64,000 bases of DNA from an uncultured Gammaproteobacteria bacterium. GTDB lineage: Bacteria > Patescibacteriota > Patescibacteriia > JACPL01 > CAZRYK01. How positions within the stretch are numbered: position 1 is the first letter of the stretch; each line of letters opens with the position of its first letter. The translations under genes were made by a program, and so were the position numbers. This document shows positions 19,611-28,693 of this stretch, in pieces. Under the pieces are notes generated by a model. That model did no database searches and was not told where the DNA came from. It saw only the letters and a list, made by a program, of their open reading frames with translations. The stretch spans positions 267-64,266 of the forward strand of contig CAZRYK010000002.1 of assembly GCA_964604315.1 (NCBI GenBank), read 5' to 3'.

Positions 19611-22600
19611 ATGCGCAAGATCATTCAACGCGTAGCACAAAAAAGCCTGGCAGTATTTGGTCTTTTGGCCATGCTGTCGTGGCTGGTGCCTGCGTCTATT
19701 TGGGTTTCTCCGGCCTTTGCCGCCAACGTCACCGTTGCTCAAGGAACGGTGAAAGATAGTGCCGGTGCGGCTGTTGCCAATGTCCGGGTTGAGCTTCATA
19801 CCCCGGATGGTGTGTTTAACAAAGACACCACATCCAATAGCAGTGGCGCTTACTCATTCGTAGTCAGCGACACGGAGTTAACCAATAACATGAGCCTGGT
19901 CTTAGAGGTTCGGCCGCCAACCGGGTACAATTCGCCAACGAATAGCCCTACAAACTTTACGTATACCACGACCAGCTTTACAACGCAGACGGTAAACTTT
20001 GTCATGGTTTCAGCGCCTAAAACCATCACCGGGTTTGTGCGGTATGCCAATGGAACCGCAGCGCCATCCACCGACGTGATTGCCATTCCAGATACCCAGG
20101 GCCGCACACAAGCATCCACCACAACGCAAACCGATGGTTCGTATACAATGACAGTTGCGCCAGGAAAATGGATTGTGTCTGCGGACATTAACTTAAGTAA
20201 TCACGGCACAACGCATCTCATTGATGACACGGCGAAAGAAGTGACATTTAATGAGACAAGTTCATCAGAAACGCAGTCTGGCGTGAACTTTAATGCTATA
20301 GCAACAACCGCAACCATTAGCGCACGCTTTCTAGACGCGGATGGCGCCATTCTGACTGGCAACTCTTTCCGAGCGGACATCAGTATTCGTCGCGATGACG
20401 GCTTGGGCACAACGCGAAAAGTTAGCGAAACGAGCCGCCTAGTGAATATTGGCTTAACTCCTGGCGTGTATCGCATTAAGGGTCACCACCCGCAATTATC
20501 CGGTCAGTATTTTGATCCGGTGGCAACAACCGTTGTGGTCAAGGCCGGTGACACTCTTAATCTTGGTGACATTCAAGCATCGCGTTTCGGTTCAAGTATT
20601 GCGGGGACAGTCACGAATGTATGGAGTCAGAATAAAGTTGGAAGTCAAACCGTGACAGCAGAAAATATTGAAACGGGAGATCGCATCGAAGACGCAACAG
20701 ATTCTAATGGTGCGTTTTCCTTTAGCGTCGGCACGGGCACATGGGTGTTGGGTGTTCAGGTAGGCGCATCTAATGCACATCGTTTGCGAAACAATACAAC
20801 CGTTATTGTTCCCAATAATAGTACAACAATCACCGGTGTCCAGATTCTGGCTGAACCCATGAATCAAGTGATCTCCGGGACATTACAAGATACATCGGGC
20901 TCGGCAATAACAAACTTTATTGGAACGGTTTTTGCAGAAGACCCAGATACCAATCAAGTGTTTAGTGCACCGGTTGATAGCGACGGTACGTATAGTTTGC
21001 TTCTCCCGCAAAGCCTTGATGTAGAACCTGTTCAAGTGGGCGTCCGCGCAAATGCCGGAGAATCCTATGGTTTAACAAGTTTAGCTACGGTCATTGTGGA
21101 TGAATCGGTAACGAAGAATTTGACGCTCACCGCGGATTCCGCAACCATTTCGGGTGAATTAAAAAATGCCGCAGGAACGGTCATTACACCCGCAGAAAAC
21201 GACATTGTGGTAGTTGCAGTGAACTCTATGGGGGACATTGAAAAATCCGTTGTTGGAACAAATGGAACATATAGCTTAAGCGTGGTGCCGGGTGAATGGA
21301 GCGTAAGTTTTCAAGTGCAAGATGAAACCGCAGATTATGTGAATCCGGTGACGATTGGCGAGCAAGTTACCACAACAGCCAGCACAACAACAGATTTTGA
21401 CTTTACCGTGAAAGAAGAAAATGCGGTGGTTTCTGGAACGATCACGAATAATGCCGGAGCCGCAGTTGCTTTAGCCCCGGTGGTGATTACCAACAAGCCG
21501 CAATTAGAAGCCGAAGGAAACTTTAACCCGGAAGATATTGTGCATGTGGTCGCCACAGCGGATGCGAATGGAAATTACTCGGCCGATGTTCCGGCTGGTG
21601 ACTACACGGTGTATACTGGTATTACGCCCAATGTCAGTAGTTTAATTGAACCAGAGGCCAAGACCGTCACCGTTGCCGCATCCGGAACAGCCGATGCCGA
21701 TCTTGCTTTTACAGCGACAGATGCGACGCTTACCGGGACAGTGAAAGATGCCGATGGCGCAACCCTCACTTCGGGAATTGTGGCAGCGTTTACTGACTCG
21801 GGAAAATTTATTCAAGGAACAATTTCCTCTATAGGAATGTATTCGTTGGAGGTGGATAAAAGCGAAACATGGCAAGTGATGGCGACGTCCCTAGATGATG
21901 CCAATCTTCTAAAGAATTTGCCACTGGAAGTTGAGATTGTTACAAGCTCGAATACTCAAAATCTTACCCTGGTCGACAGCGGTATTAACGTGCCTGGCCC
22001 GGTAACGAAAACGTTTGACTCTGCCGCAACAGCAAGTATTACGCTCCCAGATGGCGGATCGGTTTTGCTACCGCCGTATGCTGTGGACACGGCCGGGGAT
22101 ATTACCGTCAGCGTGACCCCGAGCATTGAATTGAAACCTTCCATTTCTGGTGATCCGGTGTCGTTAACATATAATGTGAAAGCCGAAAACAGCGATGGTG
22201 TGGAAGTCAAAAAATTAAATTCCCCAGCCGCGATTACGGTTCCGTTTGACACAGCCGCTGTGGGCGATGATGGCGCCGCGTATGTGCAGTTCTTTGGAGA
22301 AAACAGCGACGTGTGGCAAGGCTCGGGTATGGCAGGCATTCTCAATGAAGATAATGGCACACTAACGGCCTATTCCAGTCACTTTACGCCGTTTGCTGTT
22401 AATGGTGTTGCGGGTACATCTACCACAACAACAGCGGTAATCGAAGAACACGTCGTAGTCACGCCGAATAATGACGGCGGCCCGCAAACGCGTGTCTTTG
22501 AAGAAGACGGCACTGTTGTGGCTAGCTGGTTCAGTTATGCCACGGATCTTCGTGGTCACTTTGAAGCTGTCTCGGCAGATATTGATGCCGACGGTGTAGA

Positions 22601-23564
22601 AGAATATGTGACGGTTCCGGGCGTGGGCTTTGGCGCGCAAGTTCGCGCGTTTGAAGAAAATGGGGCGTTAAAGAATCAATTCTTCGCCTATGACACGGGT
22701 TACCGCGGGGGATTAAAAATTGCGGCCGCAGACCTTGATGCGGACGGCGATGAAGATATTATTGTGGGTCCGGCCAAAGATGGCAGTGCAATGAATACTC
22801 GCGCTTATACGTGGAATACCACTACGGGACAATTTGATCTATTAGATTGGTTTTGGTTTGGGGGAACCGACAACACGGGCGTTGCGCACTTAACCACGGG
22901 CGATGTCGATGCCGATGGAACGCCGGAAATTATTGGTACCGATGGCGGAGCAGAGGTGTATGTGTATGACTACACCACTGCCGGAGGCTTTGCCAACTTC
23001 GGTGACAATGCGGCAACCGCAACAGAAAGTTTTGTGCCGTACGATGCCAATGCCAAAGCGCATGTGGCAACCGGCGATCTTGACGGTGATGGGGATGATG
23101 AAATTATCACAGCGGTTTTAGAAAAAGGCGGCCCGAATGTGCGCGCGTATCGCTGGAGCGGAACCAGTTTTGATCTTGTCGATTGGGTGATGACGCATCA
23201 AGAAGGATTCCACGGAGGGCTGAACCTTGCGGTTGGCGATGTCGATGGTGACGCCCGAGCCGAAGTGACGGTGGCGCCGCGTGGGGAGGGTGGCCCGAAT
23301 GTGCGTACCTATTATTTGAGCGCAACAACTGGGGAATTAACACTCAAAGATTGGCAGTTTGCCTTTCAAGAAGGCTATAAGGGTGGCGTAAACGTTGCCA
23401 TGCGTGATGTTGATGCGGACGGAGATAAAGAAGTGGTGTTGGTGCCAAGTGGCGGCACACCGAACACGCGCGTCTACAATTACGTCAACGGAACGCGAAC
23501 ATTCGTGGACTGGTGGTGGAGTTATACCCCGACCTTTGACGGCGGTGTCTACCTTGGTAACTAA
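19611..23564 (+). CDS. Large secreted surface protein: tandem carboxypeptidase-regulatory-like/Ig beta-sandwiches plus C-terminal FG-GAP repeats
   Basis: Signal peptide ending AFA; repeated ISGT(V/L)...GxY(S/T) units; DxDxDG repeats with GGPNVR. Confidence 0.85.
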   Translation: MRKIIQRVAQKSLAVFGLLAMLSWLVPASIWVSPAFAANVTVAQGTVKDSAGAAVANVRVELHTPDGVFNKDTTSNSSGAYSFVVSDTELTNNMSLVLEVRPPTGYNSPTNSPTNFTYTTTSFTTQTVNFVMVSAPKTITGFVRYANGTAAPSTDVIAIPDTQGRTQASTTTQTDGSYTMTVAPGKWIVSADINLSNHGTTHLIDDTAKEVTFNETSSSETQSGVNFNAIATTATISARFLDADGAILTGNSFRADISIRRDDGLGTTRKVSETSRLVNIGLTPGVYRIKGHHPQLSGQYFDPVATTVVVKAGDTLNLGDIQASRFGSSIAGTVTNVWSQNKVGSQTVTAENIETGDRIEDATDSNGAFSFSVGTGTWVLGVQVGASNAHRLRNNTTVIVPNNSTTITGVQILAEPMNQVISGTLQDTSGSAITNFIGTVFAEDPDTNQVFSAPVDSDGTYSLLLPQSLDVEPVQVGVRANAGESYGLTSLATVIVDESVTKNLTLTADSATISGELKNAAGTVITPAENDIVVVAVNSMGDIEKSVVGTNGTYSLSVVPGEWSVSFQVQDETADYVNPVTIGEQVTTTASTTTDFDFTVKEENAVVSGTITNNAGAAVALAPVVITNKPQLEAEGNFNPEDIVHVVATADANGNYSADVPAGDYTVYTGITPNVSSLIEPEAKTVTVAASGTADADLAFTATDATLTGTVKDADGATLTSGIVAAFTDSGKFIQGTISSIGMYSLEVDKSETWQVMATSLDDANLLKNLPLEVEIVTSSNTQNLTLVDSGINVPGPVTKTFDSAATASITLPDGGSVLLPPYAVDTAGDITVSVTPSIELKPSISGDPVSLTYNVKAENSDGVEVKKLNSPAAITVPFDTAAVGDDGAAYVQFFGENSDVWQGSGMAGILNEDNGTLTAYSSHFTPFAVNGVAGTSTTTTAVIEEHVVVTPNNDGGPQTRVFEEDGTVVASWFSYATDLRGHFEAVSADIDADGVEEYVTVPGVGFGAQVRAFEENGALKNQFFAYDTGYRGGLKIAAADLDADGDEDIIVGPAKDGSAMNTRAYTWNTTTGQFDLLDWFWFGGTDNTGVAHLTTGDVDADGTPEIIGTDGGAEVYVYDYTTAGGFANFGDNAATATESFVPYDANAKAHVATGDLDGDGDDEIITAVLEKGGPNVRAYRWSGTSFDLVDWVMTHQEGFHGGLNLAVGDVDGDARAEVTVAPRGEGGPNVRTYYLSATTGELTLKDWQFAFQEGYKGGVNVAMRDVDADGDKEVVLVPSGGTPNTRVYNYVNGTRTFVDWWWSYTPTFDGGVYLGN

Positions 23565-23582
23565 TAATAAAGTAAACGAACA

Positions 23583-23614
23583 AAGGGATCCGACCTCTGG
23601 AGGTCGGATCCCTT
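23583..23614. repeat. REP-like palindrome, family A
   Basis: AAGGGATCCGACCTC-TG-GAGGTCGGATCCCTT. Confidence 0.9.
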
Positions 23615-23656
23615 CGCGAGATGCGTTGGCGTCTCGTTTTGTGGTATAATTGATAC

Positions 23657-24211
23657 ATGAAAAAAGTTCCAGGAGGCAATGAACTTCTAAATGCCGAAAG
23701 ATTGTTGCAAGACGTGGGGTTAGGCCCGCGGCAGATTGTGGCAGATTTAGGTTGCGGCAGTGCCGGCTATTTTGTCTTGCAGGCCGCGCGGCTGGTGGGC
23801 GAAAAAGGTTTGGTCTATGCTGTAGATATTTTAAAGTCCGCTTTGCAAAGCGTGGAGTCCCGCGCCAAGGTTCAGGGGTTTAGCAATATTCAAACCATTT
23901 GGTCAGATTTAGAAGTGTACCGCGCAACCCAGATTCCGGACAAAACCTTAGACCATGCCTTACTTATTAATACGCTGTTTCAATCCAAAAAGCATGAAGA
24001 AATTGTGCGGGAGTCGCATCGTATGTTAAAAAGCGGCGGCAAACTGACCGTGGTGGATTGGGGCCATACCAAAACGCCGTTTGGGCCTTCCATGGGCGAT
24101 CGCGTGCCTGCGCCAAATATACGCGCCATGATGGAACGCCTAGGCATGCGCGATATTGAACCCATTACCGCCGGGCCGTTCCATTTTGGGTTGATGGCGA
24201 TCAAAGTTTAG
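23657..24211 (+). CDS. Class I SAM-dependent methyltransferase
   Basis: VADLGCG, VYAVD, LKSGG. Confidence 0.9.
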   Translation: MKKVPGGNELLNAERLLQDVGLGPRQIVADLGCGSAGYFVLQAARLVGEKGLVYAVDILKSALQSVESRAKVQGFSNIQTIWSDLEVYRATQIPDKTLDHALLINTLFQSKKHEEIVRESHRMLKSGGKLTVVDWGHTKTPFGPSMGDRVPAPNIRAMMERLGMRDIEPITAGPFHFGLMAIKV

Positions 24212-24251
24212 AACATTTTAACAACTTCATGGGCGAATAACCTGTGATTTT

Positions 24252-24614
24252 ATGTATGACAAAAAATCCATTGGCCGCTTAGGCGAAGAATTGGCAGAAC
24301 GCTTTTTGCAACGCAAGGGCTACACGATTATAGAAAAAAACTTTCACACGCGGTTTGGAGAAATCGATATTGTGGCGCGCCAAAATTCTGCATTTATTTT
24401 TGTCGAGGTGAAAACGCGGACATCAACGTTCTTTGGTTCGCCGGAGGAATCCATTACGCCGTATAAACAAGAACGGTGGAAGAAAAGTGTCTGGGTCTAT
24501 TGCCAAACAAAAAACCTTCACCACAAACATTTGCAATTCGACGTGATTGCCATTTTACTCAACCGCGCAACCCGCACCGCCACTCTGCGACATTTTAAGA
24601 ATATTGAGATATGA
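24252..24614 (+). CDS. yraN: YraN family nuclease (UPF0102)
   Basis: GRLGE..A, GEIDIVA, FVEVKTR, FDVI. Confidence 0.93.
   Translation: MYDKKSIGRLGEELAERFLQRKGYTIIEKNFHTRFGEIDIVARQNSAFIFVEVKTRTSTFFGSPEESITPYKQERWKKSVWVYCQTKNLHHKHLQFDVIAILLNRATRTATLRHFKNIEI
24560..24612 (+). repeat. 53-bp direct repeat (yraN 3' end); copies at 25830-25882 and, partially, 30380-30398
   Basis: Identical CAACCGCGCAACCCGC...AATATTGAGATAT. Confidence 0.95.
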
Positions 24615-24639
24615 GAACCCTGCGTCTTTGTTTAGCATA

Positions 24640-24668
24640 TTGACGTGTTCATCTAAATAGTATATAAT
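24640..24668 (+). promoter_or_regulatory. Sigma70 promoter
   Basis: TTGACG-N17-TATAAT. Confidence 0.7.
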
Positions 24669-24701
24669 TAGGGTAGTTAAATCACCTTATTAAATAAAAA
24701 T

Positions 24702-25826
24702 ATGGTTATTAAACGAGAAATTTACCCACGTATTCAAAAGGCGCTCTTTCGCAAGAAGGCCATTATCCTGTATGGAGCGCGGCAAGTCGGAAAAACCACA
24801 CTTCTTCGTGAAATAGAAAAACAGTACGGAGCGCGATCGCTTTACCTCAACTGCGATGAGCCGGATATTCGTTCACGACTCACCGAGAAAACATCGACCG
24901 AACTCAAAGCGTTTTTTGGCAAAGCTCGGCTCGTCTTAATTGATGAAGCGCAACGCGTGCGCGATATTGGCCTGACCATTAAACTGATTGTAGACACGCT
25001 TCCAGAGTATCAAATTGTTGCGAGCGGATCATCATCGTTTGAACTTTCCAATCGGGTGTCCGAGCCGCTTACGGGTCGTGCCTATGAGTTCCATTTGTAT
25101 CCTTTTTCGCTTTCCGAACTTCTCGCCGCTTCGAGTGATCTTGATGTTTTGCGTCTGCTCGAGCGGCGGATGATTGTTGGCATGTATCCCGAGATTGTTG
25201 TGAATGACCGGGCCGCTGAAAATCATCTTGCTTCCATCGCACAAAGTTATTTGTATAAGGATGTCCTTGAATATCACCAGATTAAAAAACCTGAAGCGTT
25301 GGAAAAATTATTGCAGGCGCTTGCGCTTCAAATCGGCTCAGAGGTTTCCTACTCCGAACTGGCAATGCTGGTTGGTGTGGAGAAACAAACCATTCAGCAG
25401 TACATTCATCTTCTTGAGCAAGCGTTTATTCTTTTTCGCCTCCCGCCATTCCGGCGTAATCTGCGAACCGAACTTCGAAAGTTACGAAAAATCTATTTTG
25501 TTGATGTTGGGGTGCGCAATGCGATTATCAAGAACATGAATCCGCTCAACATCAGGCAAGATGTTGGGGCGTTGTGGGAGAATTTCATTATGAGTGAACG
25601 CATGAAACGGAACGCAAATCGTGGCCGTTTTGTTAATGCGTACTTTTGGAGAACGCATGCGCAACAAGAGCTGGATTACCTTGAAGAAGAAGGCGGAGAA
25701 CTCCGCGCTTTCGAATTCAAATGGTCATCATCAAAGGTCCGAATTCCAAAAGCGTTTCGCGAGGCCTATCCGCAAAGCTCTGTTGACGTGGTCACAAAGG
25801 AGAATATTCTTGATTTTGTTCGTTAA
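24702..25826 (+). CDS. AAA_14/DUF4143 ATPase with C-terminal nuclease-like domain
   Basis: GARQVGKT, IDEAQ, SGSS, LTGR, KIYFVDVG, ELD...EFK. Confidence 0.92.
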   Translation: MVIKREIYPRIQKALFRKKAIILYGARQVGKTTLLREIEKQYGARSLYLNCDEPDIRSRLTEKTSTELKAFFGKARLVLIDEAQRVRDIGLTIKLIVDTLPEYQIVASGSSSFELSNRVSEPLTGRAYEFHLYPFSLSELLAASSDLDVLRLLERRMIVGMYPEIVVNDRAAENHLASIAQSYLYKDVLEYHQIKKPEALEKLLQALALQIGSEVSYSELAMLVGVEKQTIQQYIHLLEQAFILFRLPPFRRNLRTELRKLRKIYFVDVGVRNAIIKNMNPLNIRQDVGALWENFIMSERMKRNANRGRFVNAYFWRTHAQQELDYLEEEGGELRAFEFKWSSSKVRIPKAFREAYPQSSVDVVTKENILDFVR

Positions 25827-25829
25827 TCC

Positions 25830-25882
25830 CAACCGCGCAACCCGCACCGCCACTCTGCGACATTTTAAGAATATTGAGATAT
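25830..25882 (+). repeat. Second copy of the yraN 3'-end repeat
   Basis: 53/53 identical to 24560-24612. Confidence 0.95.
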
Positions 25883-25889
25883 AAAGATT

Positions 25890-26627
25890 TCATGTCTTTT
25901 TCACTCCGTCCCATACCATTTCAAACACATAGCGGAACGTTTGGCTAAGGAGGTCACTCGTAATAACCGTTCCAAAAATCGGTTCTTTGAGCGTGATGAG
26001 CGCAATGTTGTTGTTCCAGACAAGAATATCTGTCGGAAAATCAGAATATTTTTCGGGGATAAGGCGAAAGTCATAAAGACCTTTCAGAATTTGTTGCGTT
26101 TGTTGTGTTCCCACTTGTTGCGATGGATTCGTAATCAAGTCTTGCAAAACCACATTCTTTTCTTTCATGGCCTTCTCCCATGCCAAAAAAAATTTAGGAT
26201 CGTTGTCTGTGAGATGTTTGGTGGACCCAAGTGCGAGAAGTTTTTCCGTGTTTGTGGCTTGCCAATAAATTTCCTTCACTTGTTCAAAACCGTCGTAAAA
26301 ACGAATTTTCGGTTTGTTTTTTTGTACAGTATAAAGCGCGCGCAAATCCGGCAGAATCCGCTCAACAGCTTCTTTCTTCTTTTGGACTGCGCGAAGTAGC
26401 GATTCAGGGTCGCTTGCAATATAGGCCTTGCGTTTGCCCTTTTCTTGTTCCTCAATTAGGCCGCCATTTTTCAGTGCATCGAGGATATTGTAGCAATTGG
26501 TGCGGGCAATACCAGTCCCGCGGGCAATTTGAGGGGGCGTGGAAAGCCCTTGTTCAAGAAGGTAAAGGTATACCTTAATCTCGGATTTGGTGAGGTTCAG
26601 TTCTTTTAATTGTTCCTCGATCGTCAT
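25890..26627 (-). CDS. TrmB-family transcriptional regulator
   Basis: LNLTKSEIKVYLYLL wHTH, KPKIRFYDG. Confidence 0.9.
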   Translation of the reverse strand: MTIEEQLKELNLTKSEIKVYLYLLEQGLSTPPQIARGTGIARTNCYNILDALKNGGLIEEQEKGKRKAYIASDPESLLRAVQKKKEAVERILPDLRALYTVQKNKPKIRFYDGFEQVKEIYWQATNTEKLLALGSTKHLTDNDPKFFLAWEKAMKEKNVVLQDLITNPSQQVGTQQTQQILKGLYDFRLIPEKYSDFPTDILVWNNNIALITLKEPIFGTVITSDLLSQTFRYVFEMVWDGVKKT

Positions 26628-26926
26628 AAATAGTATGAATGTCAATTAGAAGTATATCATTAGATGACTAAGCAGTCAATAGATACTGCAAATAATATAG
26701 AAATATGATATATACACTATTGACTATTTGTCAAATGTATGGCATATTTTGCTACTCAAGATCGTGTGCTCGGCCGATGATGGACAACAAGCGCCCTTTG
26801 ACAACGTGGCAGAAGAGGAAGAGTACCGATTCAATCATCGGAAAGGCAATTTATTCAAACTGTTTGCGAACGCCTATTTTGGTTAGGCTTCGCTCTAATT
26901 ATCAAATTAATGATTAAGAAAAATCT

Positions 26927-27925
26927 ATGAATAAAAATTTGCTAATAGGAATTATCGTAGTTGTTATTGTGTTGAGTATTGGCGGGTATGCCATCTCGAG
27001 CAAAAAATTCAGCCAGCAAAGCGCAGAGCTTCCGAAAGTTACAATTGCAATGGTCACTTTCCCCGGGTATGCGCCGCTTTATGTGGCTAAAGAAAAGGGA
27101 TTTTTTGAGGGAGTTGACGTCGAACTTACAAGAATTGAATCCATAGGTGATATTCGTGCGGCAATGCGAAGTGGCGATGTCAATATGTACGCCGCGACTT
27201 ATGATATTTATCAATCCGTGAAAGATGTTGCGCCAAGTGGTGTTGGTTTCTTAGTGGTTGATGAATCACACGGCGCTGATGGTGTAGCGACCATGGCTGA
27301 CATAAACTCCATAAAGGATTTACGGGGAAAGAAAGTTGGCGCCGAGCCTGGATTTCCGCCTTATCTTGTTCTTCAATATTTGCTAGCTAAAGAAGGCATG
27401 ACGTTAGAGGATTTAGATTTTCAAGATATGCCGACAACCGATGCAGGTAACGCATTCGCCGCTGGGAAACTTGTTGCGGCTGGAATTTGGGAACCTACAT
27501 TATCGGCCAGCGTTAACGCGCGCCCAGGCTCTAAAGTTTTCGCGTCAAGTGCTGATATTCCGGGTTTAGTCCAAGATTTAATTTTCGCTAATGAAGATCT
27601 TGCGAAAGAACACCCAGAGGCGTTAGAGAAAGTGGCGCTAGGATATTTCAGGGCTCTCGACTATATCGATTCCAATCGCGATGACGCGTATCAAATAATG
27701 GCAAAAGCCTTTGGCGTTTCCGTTCAAGAAATGGAGGATTTCAAGACCGGAGTAAGCTGGATTAGCAAAGAAGAAAATAAGAAATTATTCGACAAGAGTA
27801 ATAATGTGAATGTCTATAAAACCTATGATCTTGTTTGTAGCATTCTCAAAAAGAACGGCGATACCAATATCTGCCTAAAAGCTGATGATAAACTTACTGA
27901 TGAAATCATTAAAAAATTCAAATAA
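26927..27925 (+). CDS. NitT/TauT (NMT1/SsuA-like) ABC substrate-binding protein
   Basis: N-terminal anchor, PGYAPLYVAKEKGFF, DLRGKKV, WEP. Confidence 0.9.
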   Translation: MNKNLLIGIIVVVIVLSIGGYAISSKKFSQQSAELPKVTIAMVTFPGYAPLYVAKEKGFFEGVDVELTRIESIGDIRAAMRSGDVNMYAATYDIYQSVKDVAPSGVGFLVVDESHGADGVATMADINSIKDLRGKKVGAEPGFPPYLVLQYLLAKEGMTLEDLDFQDMPTTDAGNAFAAGKLVAAGIWEPTLSASVNARPGSKVFASSADIPGLVQDLIFANEDLAKEHPEALEKVALGYFRALDYIDSNRDDAYQIMAKAFGVSVQEMEDFKTGVSWISKEENKKLFDKSNNVNVYKTYDLVCSILKKNGDTNICLKADDKLTDEIIKKFK

Positions 27926-27926
27926 T

Positions 27927-28691
27927 GTGGCAGTTCACCCAACAAAAACAGCACGGGCTTACTGGCCAGTGATAGTATCAGTGTTGTTTTTGTTGGGTTT
28001 ATGGTATTTCGTCACCGAGCACACCAGCTTGATCAATCCGCTATTTTTACCGTCGCCGATCAAGATTATTGCTTCTGCAATTTCATTAGCTACGGGTAGC
28101 TTAGCGATTGATATTTTTGCTACCGTGGCTCGTGTAATGATGGCTTTTTTTTTTTTTTTCATTGCGGATTTAGCGCTAGACTTCTTATTGACTGAGTCGA
28201 AATTTTTTACGAAGTTTCTCACCCCATATATAGATTTTGTTAGATATATTCCCGTTCCAGTTTTAATACCTCTTACCATTCTTTTTTTTGGAATCGGAGA
28301 GGAAACAAAAATCGCATTGCTTTTTATTGGGACATTTTTTCAAATAGTCCTTTTGTTTGATAGCAATTTAATGAATGTGCCAAAGGATTATTTTGATTTG
28401 GCGTATTCGCTTAATTTTACGACATTCCAACGGTTAAAAATGAAACTACAAGCCGCACTTCCTGAAATGTACGACAATATGCGGATTTCTTTGGGGCTTA
28501 GCTGGTCATATGTGATTATCGTAGAATTAGTGGCCGCTCAAACAGGTATTGGCCATATGATTAAAGAAGCCCAAAGATTCTCTCTTACTTCAAATGTTTA
28601 CGTTGGAATATTGTTGATGGGTATAATCGGGTTTATTTCCGATTATTCTTTTAGGAAAAGCTATATGAAGTTTTTCCCTTACAAAAAATAA
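27927..28691 (+). CDS. NitT/TauT ABC permease (contains a T15 tract)
   Basis: FLPSP, RYIP, FGIGE, ELVAA..GIG; GTG start. Confidence 0.88.
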   Translation: MAVHPTKTARAYWPVIVSVLFLLGLWYFVTEHTSLINPLFLPSPIKIIASAISLATGSLAIDIFATVARVMMAFFFFFIADLALDFLLTESKFFTKFLTPYIDFVRYIPVPVLIPLTILFFGIGEETKIALLFIGTFFQIVLLFDSNLMNVPKDYFDLAYSLNFTTFQRLKMKLQAALPEMYDNMRISLGLSWSYVIIVELVAAQTGIGHMIKEAQRFSLTSNVYVGILLMGIIGFISDYSFRKSYMKFFPYKK

Positions 28692-28693
28692 TT

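Noticed and set aside
25621-25884. Second yraN-like gene ending HFKNIEI
   Set aside because: Only the last ~17 codons come from the direct repeat; the rest is an alternative frame of the ATPase.
26705-26917. 70-aa ORF or riboswitch upstream of the ABC operon
   Set aside because: No recognisable guanidine, TPP or SAM aptamer motif; the ORF overlaps the likely promoter/operator and has no motif support.
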